DNA of 64,000 bases from Alphaproteobacteria bacterium (GTDB taxonomy: Bacteria > Pseudomonadota > Alphaproteobacteria > CALKHQ01): assembly GCA_965227515.1 (NCBI GenBank), contig CBDDFZ010000001.1:1888001-1952000 (forward strand), written 5' to 3'. A program made the position numbers and the translations under genes. Of this stretch, positions 40,284-49,777 are shown in pieces (the first letter of the stretch is position 1; each line of letters opens with the position of its first letter). The notes beneath the pieces were generated by a model. The model saw nothing but the letters and a program-made list of their open reading frames with translations. It ran no database searches and was not told the origin of the DNA.

Positions 40284-40490
40284 CGCTCACTGTTGTAGAT
40301 TTGCCGCGCGGCAAACTCAACCGATCCGGTGCGCACCACGCAGGTTTGATGGGTATTGGCGACCAAGGTGAGGAATCATTGCAGTCGACCCGTGGAATCG
40401 GCGATGTAGGGGGCGGGGAAGGCGGCCGGCCGATCAGCGGAATGTTAACCAAGTGCCGGCAAAGTGGCCCGCCTCAGTGGGGTGAACTGC

Positions 40491-40850
40491 ATGTCTCATA
40501 TTCTTCTGGCCGAGGACGACGACGGACTCCGGCGTTTCCTGGCCAAGGCGCTCAGCAAGGCCGGTCACTACGTGGCGACGGCCGAGAACGGCATGGTCGC
40601 GCGCGAAATGCTGAAGCGCGAGGTCTTCGACCTTCTGATCACCGATATCGTGATGCCCGAGATGGACGGCATTCAGCTCGCCAGGCTGGCGACGCGGGAG
40701 CGTCCGGCCCTGCGCGTGCTGTTCATCACCGGCTTCGCGGCGGTCGCGTTGCAGGACCGCCCGCCGGAACTCTCCGACGCGTCCGCGCTGTCGAAGCCGT
40801 TCCACCTGCGCGACCTGGTGCGCCAGGTCGACCTGATCATGGCGGCCTGA
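40491..40850 (+). CDS. cpdR: Single-domain response regulator CpdR
   Basis: ILLAEDD, TDIVMPEMDG, FITGFAAVAL, LSKPFHLRDLV; followed by tRNA-Val. Confidence 0.92.
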   Translation: MSHILLAEDDDGLRRFLAKALSKAGHYVATAENGMVAREMLKREVFDLLITDIVMPEMDGIQLARLATRERPALRVLFITGFAAVALQDRPPELSDASALSKPFHLRDLVRQVDLIMAA

Positions 40851-40965
40851 CCGACAACGGGGTCGCGCGCCGCCCCGTCGCCGTCGCCGTCGCCGTCCGG
40901 CAAGCCACTGGCTTGTCAGCGCCGCGCCAAGGCGTTATATGCCTCCTCTTCCCGAAGCCTGGAAC

Positions 40966-41040
40966 GGGCGGTTAGCTCAGCGGGAGAGCGCCGCGTTGAC
41001 ATCGCGGAGGCCACTGGTTCAATCCCAGTACCGCCCACCA
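40966..41040 (+). tRNA. tRNA-Val (GAC)
   Basis: GGGCGGT/ACCGCCC acceptor stem, CCGCG-TTGACAT-CGCGG anticodon arm, GGTTCAATCC T-arm, encoded CCA. Confidence 0.98.
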
Positions 41041-41044
41041 CGCT

Positions 41045-41256
41045 TCGCCCTTACGGGCTACGCGTGGCGCAGCCACGCTGAGACCGTTAGAGCGAAGCAG
41101 TGCCCGGCGAAGCCCAACAGGCGAAGACGGGCCGCCGTTACTTCTTGCAAGCTCTTGGTAATATGGTCGCCCTTACTGGCTACGCGTGGCGCAGCCACGC
41201 TGAGACCGTTAGAGCGAAGCAGTGCCCGGCGAAGCCCAACGGGCGAAGACGGGCCG
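41045..41256 (+). repeat. Two 90-bp direct repeats separated by a 32-bp spacer, just after tRNA-Val
   Basis: 41045-41134 and 41167-41256, two mismatches by manual alignment. Confidence 0.92.
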
Positions 41257-41302
41257 TCTTCCGGCGCCGCCATGGGCGCGCCCGGTATCGGTTCGCGTGC
41301 AA

Positions 41303-41317
41303 TTAACGATGAATTAT
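41303..41317 (+). promoter_or_regulatory. Near-consensus CtrA box
   Basis: TTAA-CGATGAA-TTAT upstream of the 41392 gene. Confidence 0.45.
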
Positions 41318-41391
41318 CGCGCAAACAGTAAGTTTGCGGATCGGCCGCCCGCAGGAGCGGGCCATGAAACGCACGCGATAGGTAAGCGCTG

Positions 41392-42402
41392 TTGGTTGCC
41401 GCAACATCGAAAATCGACGAGTCCGAAGGGGCTGACCCGGTCAAGCCCGGCTTCAAGCTGCGCTTCAAGGCGTGGTGGGAAGGCGTCGACGTCGCCGACC
41501 TGATCGCGGCCGCACCGTCTCAGGACAACGACGCCGCCACCGATGCACCGGCAACGGGTAAGGCGGGCAGTGCGGGCAAGGCGTCGAAGTCGTCTGACGG
41601 CGATGAGACCGCGCCGCCCGAGCCAGCCTGGGATGCCGACAGGGTCAAGGCTGTCGAGGCCATCTGCGGCGATGGCCACATCTGGCCCGGCGAGTCCGAG
41701 CTTGGGCTGCAGTTCGCCCGCCCGATGGCGCTGTCGCCGGCGATCAGCCTGGTCGACCTGCGCGCCGGCCTGGGCGGTTTCCCCCGCACCCTGGTCGATT
41801 CCTTTGGTCTCTGGGTGGATGGCTTCGAGCAGGACAAGGTCCTCGCCGACGCCGGGCAGCGCCGCTCCGAGTTCGCCGGCATGGGCAAGAAGGCGCCTGT
41901 CCGCCACTTCAACCCCGAGACCGACGAAATGCGCGCCGACTATTACGATGCTGCCGTGGCGCGGGAGTTCTTTTGCCGGGTGGAGGACAAGAAGGGCGTC
42001 TTCGGCAAGGTCTACACCGCGCTGAAAACGCCGGCCCAGTTGCTGCTGACCGACCTGGTGATGGCCGACAGCCGCGAGCCGGGCGCGGCGGCCAAGGCGT
42101 GGCTGGCGTCCGAGCGCGATATCGTTCGGTTGGGCACCATCGACGACTACCGCGCGATGTGCGACGAGCAGAATTTGGACATGCACATCTGCGAGGACTA
42201 TTCGGACGACTACCGCAAGGCGGTTCTGCGCGGCTGGGCAGAGGCCGTGCAACAGTTCCGCCCAGGCGCACACGAGCGTGACGTGCAGTTGGGCATGCTG
42301 AAGGAGGCGGAGCGCTGGTTGCTGCGGCTGGCCGCCATCGAGTCCGGCGACGTCCGCCTGCTGCGCATCCACGCCTACAAGAAGAAGCCCCCGTTGAGCT
42401 GA
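41392..42402 (+). CDS. SAM-dependent methyltransferase-fold protein
   Basis: LVDLRAGLGG motif I variant, LLLTD; TTG start uncertain. Confidence 0.75.
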   Translation: MVAATSKIDESEGADPVKPGFKLRFKAWWEGVDVADLIAAAPSQDNDAATDAPATGKAGSAGKASKSSDGDETAPPEPAWDADRVKAVEAICGDGHIWPGESELGLQFARPMALSPAISLVDLRAGLGGFPRTLVDSFGLWVDGFEQDKVLADAGQRRSEFAGMGKKAPVRHFNPETDEMRADYYDAAVAREFFCRVEDKKGVFGKVYTALKTPAQLLLTDLVMADSREPGAAAKAWLASERDIVRLGTIDDYRAMCDEQNLDMHICEDYSDDYRKAVLRGWAEAVQQFRPGAHERDVQLGMLKEAERWLLRLAAIESGDVRLLRIHAYKKKPPLS

Positions 42403-42412
42403 TGCCCCATGC

Positions 42413-43090
42413 TCATTGACGCTGGCGGACAAGCTGCGCCAGCGACAGGACGTGCGCCATCATGGCATAGGGCACCAGGAACAATGGTATCAGCACGAAT
42501 GGCCACGACATCACCCTGTTGGGATTGTCGAAGGCGAACAACTGCATGGCATTGGCCGACGTGACGATGCCGAAGAAAAACGCCTGAACGAACGCCACAA
42601 TGCCGACTGCCGCGACCAAGACGACGGCGCGCGGTGGCACGTCGCGGCCGCGATAGCGCACGACCACCGATAGCGCCACGAGGCCCGTAATCAGATCGCC
42701 GATGCCGGCCGGCCAAGCGAACCACGCGGGCAGGGTGCCGCGAGCGTTCTCAAAGACATAGATGAGGCCCACTGGCCGGCAGACTTGCAGGCCGATCAGG
42801 ATGTGTTGCGAGACGCCGCGGCCCAGCAACTGGCGCCTCAGCAGCAGGGCAAGAACCACGGCAAGCGCAATGTAGGCTGCCGGTTCCGCGCCGCTTTCGC
42901 CGAACAAGGCGTTGTCCGCGTCATAGCGCGCCGCGGCATAGGCATAGGCCGTCCAGGCCAGGATGGCGGTGCCGACGATCGCACGCCGAGCGAGCGAGGC
43001 GGTTGCCGCCTGTTGCACAAGAAACATGTGCCAGAACGGCAGCGCCATGGCGAACAGCACGACAAACTCGCTGGCCGGGGAAAATTCCAT
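42413..43090 (-). CDS. Multi-pass membrane protein
   Basis: LQVCR..G, FAWPAGIGD, PFVLIPLFLVP; several TM segments. Confidence 0.75.
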   Translation of the reverse strand: MEFSPASEFVVLFAMALPFWHMFLVQQAATASLARRAIVGTAILAWTAYAYAAARYDADNALFGESGAEPAAYIALAVVLALLLRRQLLGRGVSQHILIGLQVCRPVGLIYVFENARGTLPAWFAWPAGIGDLITGLVALSVVVRYRGRDVPPRAVVLVAAVGIVAFVQAFFFGIVTSANAMQLFAFDNPNRVMSWPFVLIPLFLVPYAMMAHVLSLAQLVRQRQ

Positions 43091-43214
43091 GCCTCGCCTG
43101 TCACCTCCCCTTCGGTCACACTCATGCCATCGACGGAAAGTCGCTCGCCGCTTATTCTGCGCCACACCACAGTGCAACGCGGGTTAGACCGCAACATATG
43201 GCATGGAGTGGCCG

Positions 43215-44111
43215 ATGAGCCGACTATTGCCGGATTTCAGCGACCGCCGGGTCAGTGTCGAGACCGTGACCGGCCCGGTGGCGATCAATGCCACCGTCGC
43301 CGGCACAGGCCCGCCATTGCTGTTGCTGCACGGCTTTCCGCAGACCCATGCCATGTGGCACCTGACCGCGCCGACGCTTGCCGCGCATTTCTCGGTCGTG
43401 TGCGCCGACCTGCGCGGCTATGGCGACAGCGACACGCCGGACAGCCAGAACGGCGACAACTACACCAAGCGCATCATGGCGGAAGACATGATCGCGCTGA
43501 TGCGCGCGCTGGGGCACGAGCGGTTCTTTATTGCTGGCCATGACCGGGGCGGCCGCGTCGCCTATCGCATGGCGCTCGACCATCCGGACGTGGTGGAGCG
43601 GATCGCGGTGCTGGATATCAACCCGACGTCCGACTACTACGCCAACGCCGACAAGGACTTCGGCCTGAAGGCGTTCCACTGGTTCTTCCTGCCGCAGGCG
43701 TTCGACCTGCCGGAACGCCTGATCGGCGCCGACCCCGCGTTCTTCCTGCGCTGGATGATCGGGCGCTACATGGGCGACGGGGAGGGCCTGGCGCCGGAGG
43801 CGATGGACGAGTACATCCGCTGCAACGCGCGGCCGGCCAACATCCATGCGATGTGCGAGGACTATCGCGCCGGCGCCTATCACGACGACCGCAACGACAC
43901 GTTGGACCTGGAGGCGGGCCGCAAGATCGCGGCGCCGCTGCTGACCATCTGGGGCGGCCACGGGCTGGCGCAGCAATCGTCGGCGCCGATCGCGACCTGG
44001 CAGCGCTGGGCCAACGACGTCAGCGGGTTCGGCGCGCCCAGCGGCCACTTCGTGCCCGAAGAGGCGCCTGACGACGTCATCAAAGGCTTCCTCGAATTCT
44101 TTGTGAAATAG
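43215..44111 (+). CDS. Alpha/beta hydrolase, fluoroacetate (haloacetate) dehalogenase-like
   Basis: HGFPQ, GHDRGGR, FHWFF, CEDYRA, GHFVPEE. Confidence 0.88.
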   Translation: MSRLLPDFSDRRVSVETVTGPVAINATVAGTGPPLLLLHGFPQTHAMWHLTAPTLAAHFSVVCADLRGYGDSDTPDSQNGDNYTKRIMAEDMIALMRALGHERFFIAGHDRGGRVAYRMALDHPDVVERIAVLDINPTSDYYANADKDFGLKAFHWFFLPQAFDLPERLIGADPAFFLRWMIGRYMGDGEGLAPEAMDEYIRCNARPANIHAMCEDYRAGAYHDDRNDTLDLEAGRKIAAPLLTIWGGHGLAQQSSAPIATWQRWANDVSGFGAPSGHFVPEEAPDDVIKGFLEFFVK

Positions 44112-44130
44112 CGACAGGCAACCGGCTCAC

Positions 44131-44514
44131 ATGACTGCAAGCGCACCCACCGGCTTCAGCCGGGCAACACCCGTGCTGCGGACCGGCGACTACGCACGGG
44201 CCCGCGCCTTCTATGCCGACAAGCTGGGCTTCGTCCTCGACGAGGAAGGCGGCGACCCGGCACGGTTCGGCATCTTTCGACGCGGCACCGCGGTCGTGTT
44301 CGTCGACGGCTGGCACGGCCCGCCGACGAACGGCGCGGCCGGCTGGAACGTCTACATCCATGTCGACGATGTCGATGGCTTGTGCGCGGAATTGGCGGCC
44401 GCCGGCGTCGAGGTGCTGCGCGGGCCCGCCGAGACGGTTTACGGCATGTACGAGATCGACATCCGGGACCCGGACGGCAACCTCATCTGCTTCGGGCAGG
44501 ACGCCGACCGGTAG
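44131..44514 (+). CDS. VOC/glyoxalase/bleomycin resistance family protein
   Basis: AFYADKLGF, YIHVDDVD, RDPDGNLICFG. Confidence 0.9.
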   Translation: MTASAPTGFSRATPVLRTGDYARARAFYADKLGFVLDEEGGDPARFGIFRRGTAVVFVDGWHGPPTNGAAGWNVYIHVDDVDGLCAELAAAGVEVLRGPAETVYGMYEIDIRDPDGNLICFGQDADR

Positions 44515-44551
44515 CGGTGCTCGCTACTCAAGCGTCGAGCGCCGTCCGCCG

Positions 44552-44599
44552 CCCAGTGTTGGGCCCACCAAGAGTTGGGTCTACCAAGAGTTGGGCTGT
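44552..44599. repeat. Three imperfect 16-bp tandem units
   Basis: CCCAGTGTTGGGCCCA / CCAAGAGTTGGGTCTA / CCAAGAGTTGGGCTGT. Confidence 0.7.
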
Positions 44600-44613
44600 G
44601 CCAACCCCTATAT

Positions 44614-44745
44614 CGTCATGCCCGGGCCGGGCCACTTGTGATCAGCCCACGTCTGGTCGCAAGTGGGCCGAGTCCCGGGTATCCACGTCTTTGATAAGGC
44701 CGTCGATGTAAGGCGTGGATGCCCGCAACAAGTGCGGGCATGACA
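44614..44745. repeat. CGTC-type REP-like repeat (family A) with long nested hairpin
   Basis: CGTCATGCCCGGG-[CCACTTGTGATCAG..CTGGTCGCAAGTGG]-CCCGGGTATCCACG...CATGACA. Confidence 0.85.
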
Positions 44746-44761
44746 ATGCGATATTGGTCGG

Positions 44762-46660
44762 CTACTCGACGGACGGCTCGACGGCGATATTGACCGAGGG
44801 CACGGGCGAATCGTCCGGTGCGGCCGGTGTCGTACCGCCGAGGGCCTGGATATACCCCTGCATGTCCTGATAGGCCTCGGTGGACGGGTCCAGGGTCGCC
44901 AGCAGTTGCTGCCACAGGTCGCGGGCGCGGTCGAAGTCGCGCGACTGCGCCGCCGACAGGCCCAGGAACCACAGAGCGTCTGGGTGCCCCGGGTCTTGCG
45001 CCAGAATGCGCTCCAGCGGGGCAATGGCATCATCCGGCACGGTGGCTTCCACCGTGCGCCCGTCCAGCAGGAAGCGCACCAGCGCCAGTTGCACGTCGAC
45101 CCGGCCGGGTGCGCGCGTGGCCGCCTGGTCCAACGCGTTGCGCGCGGCTTCCAGGCTGCCAAGAACGTCGTACGACCGCGCCAGGATCAGCCAGCCATCG
45201 ACATCGTCGGGGTTGGCCTCGATGCGCGCGCGCAGGCCTTCGACCATGCCGATGATCCGCTCGTTCTGCTCTTCCGGCGTCATCTGCGACATCATCTCGA
45301 CAATGGCGGGATCCAGCGGCGGCGGTGCGCGCAATGGCGCGGTGGCCGGCGCGTCCGGGCGCGCGTTCTCCGCCTCGCCGCGGATGCCGTCGCGCATCTC
45401 CCGCACCAGGGCCGCGATCTCCGCGCCGGTGGTGATCGCCTCGATGTCGCCAGCGTTGTCGGCATCGGCGCTTTCGGGAAGCGGGGCCGGATCGGCCGCG
45501 GCCTCGTCCAGCAGCAGGCCCTCGGCCAGCCCACCCTGTACCGACCGTCCCTGCACCGGCGCATCGGCCGGGGGTGCCGGCTCGGCCAGTGCGTCAGCGC
45601 CAGGAGCATTGGCGGCCGGCGCGGTCGGGGCGGCGGGCAACGCCGCCGGTGCTTCGGCTTCGGTCAGCGCCAGTTGCTGGGCCGGCTGCGCGGCTTCGGC
45701 TTCCTCGGCGATCGCGTCGTCCTGTTCGGCCATCGCGATCACCGTGCCAGTGTCCGTAGCGACGTCCGAGGGCACGCCCAAGGCGGCAGATGCCTCGGCA
45801 ATACGGTCCTGCACCGCCGGCATCCACGGTGCCTCCGGCGGCGAGAGATCGGCCAGGCGCACCCAGCCCTGCAGCGCGGCGGCGATGTCGCCGGCCTGAT
45901 AGCGCTCCAGCGCCAGGTAGTAGTTGGCCCGCGGCTCGGCAGGCACCCGCGCGACCGCGGCCTGGAAGGCGCCGCGCGCTTCGGCGGTGACCATGCCATC
46001 GGCGGCACGGACCAGCGCCTCGCCGTAGGCGGCGTTGAGGTCGGCCTCGCCGGGCGCCAGTTCAAGCGCGGCACTGTAGGCCATGACCGCCTGGTCGTAC
46101 TGTCCCAGGTCCGAAAGCGAACGCGCCAACAGCACCCACGAGCGCAGGTCGCGCGGGTTGCGGGTCAGCTCGTCCTCAAGCAGCTCGATGCTCTCGCGCA
46201 CAGATGCCACGGCCTGCGCGTTCTCCGCCACGTCCTTGCGCCCGGAGAGCGGCTGATCGATCTCGCCCGGGGCGCCCACGACCATGTAGAGCCCGATGGC
46301 GGCGACCGGAAGCACGGTGGCGACGCCGGCAGCCCACCAGCGCGAACGCCCGGCGGGCGCCGCGACGGCAGCCTTCGCGGGCGATGCCGGGGCGGGCGCC
46401 TGATCGGTCTTGCCGTCGGAGGCGGTGGCCAACAGGCGGCGGCCGATCATCGCGCGCATTGTCTCGGCCTCGTCGGCAGAGAGCCGGCCAGCCGCCAGTT
46501 CGGTGTCGATCTCCGCCAGTTGCGCACGATAGATCTGCTGCGTCACCGAGTTGCGGTCGCCACGCCGGCGCGGGCGGCTCAACAGTGGCGGCAGCAACGC
46601 CATCACGACAAAGCCCATGACGATCGCGGCAACCGCCCAAAAGATGGCGTTATCGGTCAT
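44762..46660 (-). CDS. ccmI: Cytochrome c biogenesis protein CcmI/CycH (long form)
   Basis: IYRAQLAEID, LY..VGAP, TPR repeats; last gene of the ccm operon. Confidence 0.88.
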   Translation of the reverse strand: MTDNAIFWAVAAIVMGFVVMALLPPLLSRPRRRGDRNSVTQQIYRAQLAEIDTELAAGRLSADEAETMRAMIGRRLLATASDGKTDQAPAPASPAKAAVAAPAGRSRWWAAGVATVLPVAAIGLYMVVGAPGEIDQPLSGRKDVAENAQAVASVRESIELLEDELTRNPRDLRSWVLLARSLSDLGQYDQAVMAYSAALELAPGEADLNAAYGEALVRAADGMVTAEARGAFQAAVARVPAEPRANYYLALERYQAGDIAAALQGWVRLADLSPPEAPWMPAVQDRIAEASAALGVPSDVATDTGTVIAMAEQDDAIAEEAEAAQPAQQLALTEAEAPAALPAAPTAPAANAPGADALAEPAPPADAPVQGRSVQGGLAEGLLLDEAAADPAPLPESADADNAGDIEAITTGAEIAALVREMRDGIRGEAENARPDAPATAPLRAPPPLDPAIVEMMSQMTPEEQNERIIGMVEGLRARIEANPDDVDGWLILARSYDVLGSLEAARNALDQAATRAPGRVDVQLALVRFLLDGRTVEATVPDDAIAPLERILAQDPGHPDALWFLGLSAAQSRDFDRARDLWQQLLATLDPSTEAYQDMQGYIQALGGTTPAAPDDSPVPSVNIAVEPSVE

Positions 46661-47184
46661 CTCTGCACCATCTTGCGATCGTCAGACATCAATGCGGCCA
46701 AAGATTGCTCCTCGTTGTCACTCAACGGCTGGTCGTCTTCAATGCTCTCGCCCTTGCGGCGCGCGCGTCCATACCATATCGCAAACCCAACGATTCCGCC
46801 GCCGAACAACACCGCCGGCGCAAGCCACAGAATCAGGGTGTCGCTTTCGAACGCCGGCGACAACAGCACATAACGGCCATAACGTGACACCAGATAGTCC
46901 AGAATCTCCTGGTCGCTGGCGCCTGATTCCAGCCGTGCGCGAATGACCGCGCGCATGTCGGCGGCGATATCGGCGTTGGAATCCGCGATCGACTGGTTCT
47001 GGCACTGCACGCACCGCACCTGGGCATAGAGCGCGCGGGCGCGCGCGTCGAGCGCCGGATCGTCCATCGCCTCGCCGGGCAACAGCGCGTGCGCGCTGCC
47101 GCCGCCGGCCGTCATGGCCGCGACCAGCAGCAGCGCCGCGACCAGGCCCTGCGAGATCGTACGACGTGAAATCGTGTGACCCAC
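46657..47184 (-). CDS. ccmH: Cytochrome c biogenesis protein CcmH/CycL
   Basis: RCVQCQNQSIADSNA, RYGRYVL. Confidence 0.95.
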   Translation of the reverse strand: MGHTISRRTISQGLVAALLLVAAMTAGGGSAHALLPGEAMDDPALDARARALYAQVRCVQCQNQSIADSNADIAADMRAVIRARLESGASDQEILDYLVSRYGRYVLLSPAFESDTLILWLAPAVLFGGGIVGFAIWYGRARRKGESIEDDQPLSDNEEQSLAALMSDDRKMVQR

Positions 47185-47756
47185 TACCTGAGGTCCTCCA
47201 CCAGCGAGATCATCTCATCCATTTGCTGCGGCAGCACCGGGCCGATATGGTGATAGGCAATGGTGCCGTCGCCATCGATCACGAACGTCTCCGGCAGGCC
47301 GCGCACACCCCAGTCGATGCCGACATTGCCGACAAGGTCGTAGCCGACGCCGGTATAGGGGTTGCCGAGCTCGGCCAGGAACGCCTCGCCCCTGCCGTCA
47401 GGATCCTTGTAGTTGACGCCCAGAATCTCGACCCCGTGCTCTTCGGCCATCGTCATCAGCACCGGGTGCTCTATGCGGCAAGGCGCGCACCATGATGCAA
47501 AGAAATTGATTAAAACCGGTTCACCGGTCGCCAACAAGTGATCATCCAATCCCGGTATGTCGGCGACCAGCGGCGGGCTGGAGATCGGGGGGGCGATCCG
47601 GCCCACCATCGGCGAGGCCAGTGCGGTCGGGTCGCGTTCCTCGTCGACCAGCACGTAGCCAATGACCCCTGCCAGCGCGCCGAACAGCATCAGCGGCAAG
47701 GCCATCAGGACCGTGCGCAGGGTCGACCGCTCGGGCTGGCTGACGTCGTCGGTCAT
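47184..47756 (-). CDS. ccmG: Thiol:disulfide interchange protein CcmG/DsbE
   Basis: FASWCAPCRIEHP, GVNYKD, GLPETF. Confidence 0.95.
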   Translation of the reverse strand: MTDDVSQPERSTLRTVLMALPLMLFGALAGVIGYVLVDEERDPTALASPMVGRIAPPISSPPLVADIPGLDDHLLATGEPVLINFFASWCAPCRIEHPVLMTMAEEHGVEILGVNYKDPDGRGEAFLAELGNPYTGVGYDLVGNVGIDWGVRGLPETFVIDGDGTIAYHHIGPVLPQQMDEMISLVEDLR

Positions 47757-47773
47757 CGCTCAGGCCCCATCGC

Positions 47774-49759
47774 TCACGCCCCGCTCGGCACGGCCGCACC
47801 CGCCGCCACCGTGCGGCGGCGGTCGACCCGTTGCCGCCTGTCGGTCAGCGCCAGCGCACCGCCGGCAGCCATCAGCACCGCGCCGAACCAGATCCAGCCG
47901 ACCAGCGGCTCGTAATAGATGCGCGTCACCCAGGTGCCGTTCGCATCCGCCTCCCCGATCACGGCGTAGAGGTCGCCGGCGATTTCGGAGCGGATCGCCG
48001 CCTCGGTCGTCATCTGCTGCTCGACCGGGAAGAAGCGTCGTTCCGGCGTCATCTCGGCAATCACCACTCCGTCTTCCAGCACGCTCATGCTCGCCCGCTC
48101 GGCCAGGTAGTTCGGCCCTTCGCTGCGCTTCACCGCATCCAGCCGCACCTGATAGCCCCCGGCCTCAACGATGTCGCCCGGGCCCATCATCTGGATCCGC
48201 TCCTGCTTCCAGGCGGTGGCCGCCACCGCGCCGGCAACCAGGATGCCGGCGCCGAAATGGGCCAGGCACATGCCGTGGGCGGCGCGCGGCAGGCCGATGG
48301 CACGGCGCAGCGCCGTTACCGGCCCGCGGCGGAACAGCCCGATCCGCGCGAACCATTCCGACAGCGCCGCCACCACCAGCCAGGCGGCCAGCGCGATGCC
48401 GACCAGCGCCAGCACCGGGCCTTCGCCGGCGGCGACATACCAGGCCACAGCGGCCATCACCAATGCGATAACGAATGCAACGGACAACTGGCGAAGGGCG
48501 GCCAGTAAATCGCCCTGTTTCCACGCCAGCATTGGCCCAACTCCCATGGCCACCAGCATGGGTGCCATCAATGGCACAAATGTGGCAGCGAAGTAGGGCG
48601 GGCCGACCGAGATGCGCTCGCCGCCCACCGCCTCGACCAGCAACGGATACAAGGTTCCCAGCAGCACGGTCACCGCCGCGATCGACATGAAGAAGTTGTT
48701 GAGCAGCAGCGCGCCCTCGCGGCTGACCGGGGCGAAGTGGCCGACCTGGCGCAGGCGCGCGGCGCGCACGGCATAGAGCGTCAGCCCGCCGCCGATGGCC
48801 GCCACCAGCAGGGCCAGGATGAACAGGCCCCGGTCGGGGTCGACCGCGAACGCATGTACGGACGTGAGGATGCCGGAGCGGACCAGGAAGGTGCCGAGCA
48901 GGCTGAACCCGAAGGTGACGATGGCCAGCAGCACGGTCCACGCCTTCAGGGCCTCGCGCCGTTCGACCACGATCACCGAGTGCAACAGCGCGGTGCCGAC
49001 CAGCCACGGCATCAGGCTGGCGTTCTCCACCGGGTCCCAGAACCACCAGCCGCCCCAGCCGAGCTCGTAGTACGCCCACCAGCTTCCCAGCGCGATGCCC
49101 AGGGTCAGCGTGCTCCAGGCCGCCAGCGTCCACGGCCGCACCCAGCGCGCCCAGGCGCTGTCGACCTTGCCCTCGAGCAAGGCGGCGATGGCGAAGGAGA
49201 AGGCGATCGAGAATCCGACATAGCCGAGATAGAGCATCGGCGGGTGCGCGGCGAGCGCCGGGTCCTGCAACAGGGGGTTCAGCCCGTTGCCGTCCAACGG
49301 CGCCGGAAACACCCGCTCGAACGGGTTCGAGGTGAAGATGATGAAGGCGATGAAGCCCACACCCACCAGGCCCTGGATGCCGAGCACCCGGGCATATAGG
49401 CTGGTCGGCAACCCGCCACCGAACCACGCCACCGCCCCGCCATAGAGCGCCAGGAACAGCACCCATAGCAGCATCGAGCCTTCGTGGTTCGCCCATACGC
49501 CGGTGATCTTGTAGATCATCGGCTTGGCGGAATGGGAATGCTGTCGCACCAACTCAACCGAGAAGTCGGAGGTGACGAACGCGTTCATCAGCGCCAGGAA
49601 GGCCGCGATCAGCAGGACCGCCTGGATCGAGGCGCAAGGGCCGGCAAACGCCATCAGCCGCTTATTGCCGAAGTGTGCGCCGAACAGCGGCACGGCGGCC
49701 TGGAGCAGGGCCACAACCAGCGCGGTGACCAGCGCGAAATGCCCGATCTCGGTGATCAT
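47774..49759 (-). CDS. ccmF: Heme lyase CcmF
   Basis: HEGS, HPPMLY, WAYYELGWGGWWFWDPVENAS, SVHAF. Confidence 0.98.
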   Translation of the reverse strand: MITEIGHFALVTALVVALLQAAVPLFGAHFGNKRLMAFAGPCASIQAVLLIAAFLALMNAFVTSDFSVELVRQHSHSAKPMIYKITGVWANHEGSMLLWVLFLALYGGAVAWFGGGLPTSLYARVLGIQGLVGVGFIAFIIFTSNPFERVFPAPLDGNGLNPLLQDPALAAHPPMLYLGYVGFSIAFSFAIAALLEGKVDSAWARWVRPWTLAAWSTLTLGIALGSWWAYYELGWGGWWFWDPVENASLMPWLVGTALLHSVIVVERREALKAWTVLLAIVTFGFSLLGTFLVRSGILTSVHAFAVDPDRGLFILALLVAAIGGGLTLYAVRAARLRQVGHFAPVSREGALLLNNFFMSIAAVTVLLGTLYPLLVEAVGGERISVGPPYFAATFVPLMAPMLVAMGVGPMLAWKQGDLLAALRQLSVAFVIALVMAAVAWYVAAGEGPVLALVGIALAAWLVVAALSEWFARIGLFRRGPVTALRRAIGLPRAAHGMCLAHFGAGILVAGAVAATAWKQERIQMMGPGDIVEAGGYQVRLDAVKRSEGPNYLAERASMSVLEDGVVIAEMTPERRFFPVEQQMTTEAAIRSEIAGDLYAVIGEADANGTWVTRIYYEPLVGWIWFGAVLMAAGGALALTDRRQRVDRRRTVAAGAAVPSGA

Positions 49760-49777
49760 GGTATGGGGTCCCAGTAT

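Noticed and set aside
40966-41040. Prophage or island integrated at tRNA-Val
   Set aside because: No integrase nearby, and I saw no duplicate of the tRNA 3' end in the window.
41045-41256. Repeat-spacer-repeat as a CRISPR array
   Set aside because: Repeats are 90 bp, there are only two copies, and no cas genes or leader are seen; kept as a tRNA-linked repeat.
48460-48660. AT-richer codon patches inside ccmF (also ccmH and the acnA 3' end) as inserted elements
   Set aside because: Reading frames and protein motifs continue normally; no boundaries or repeats seen.
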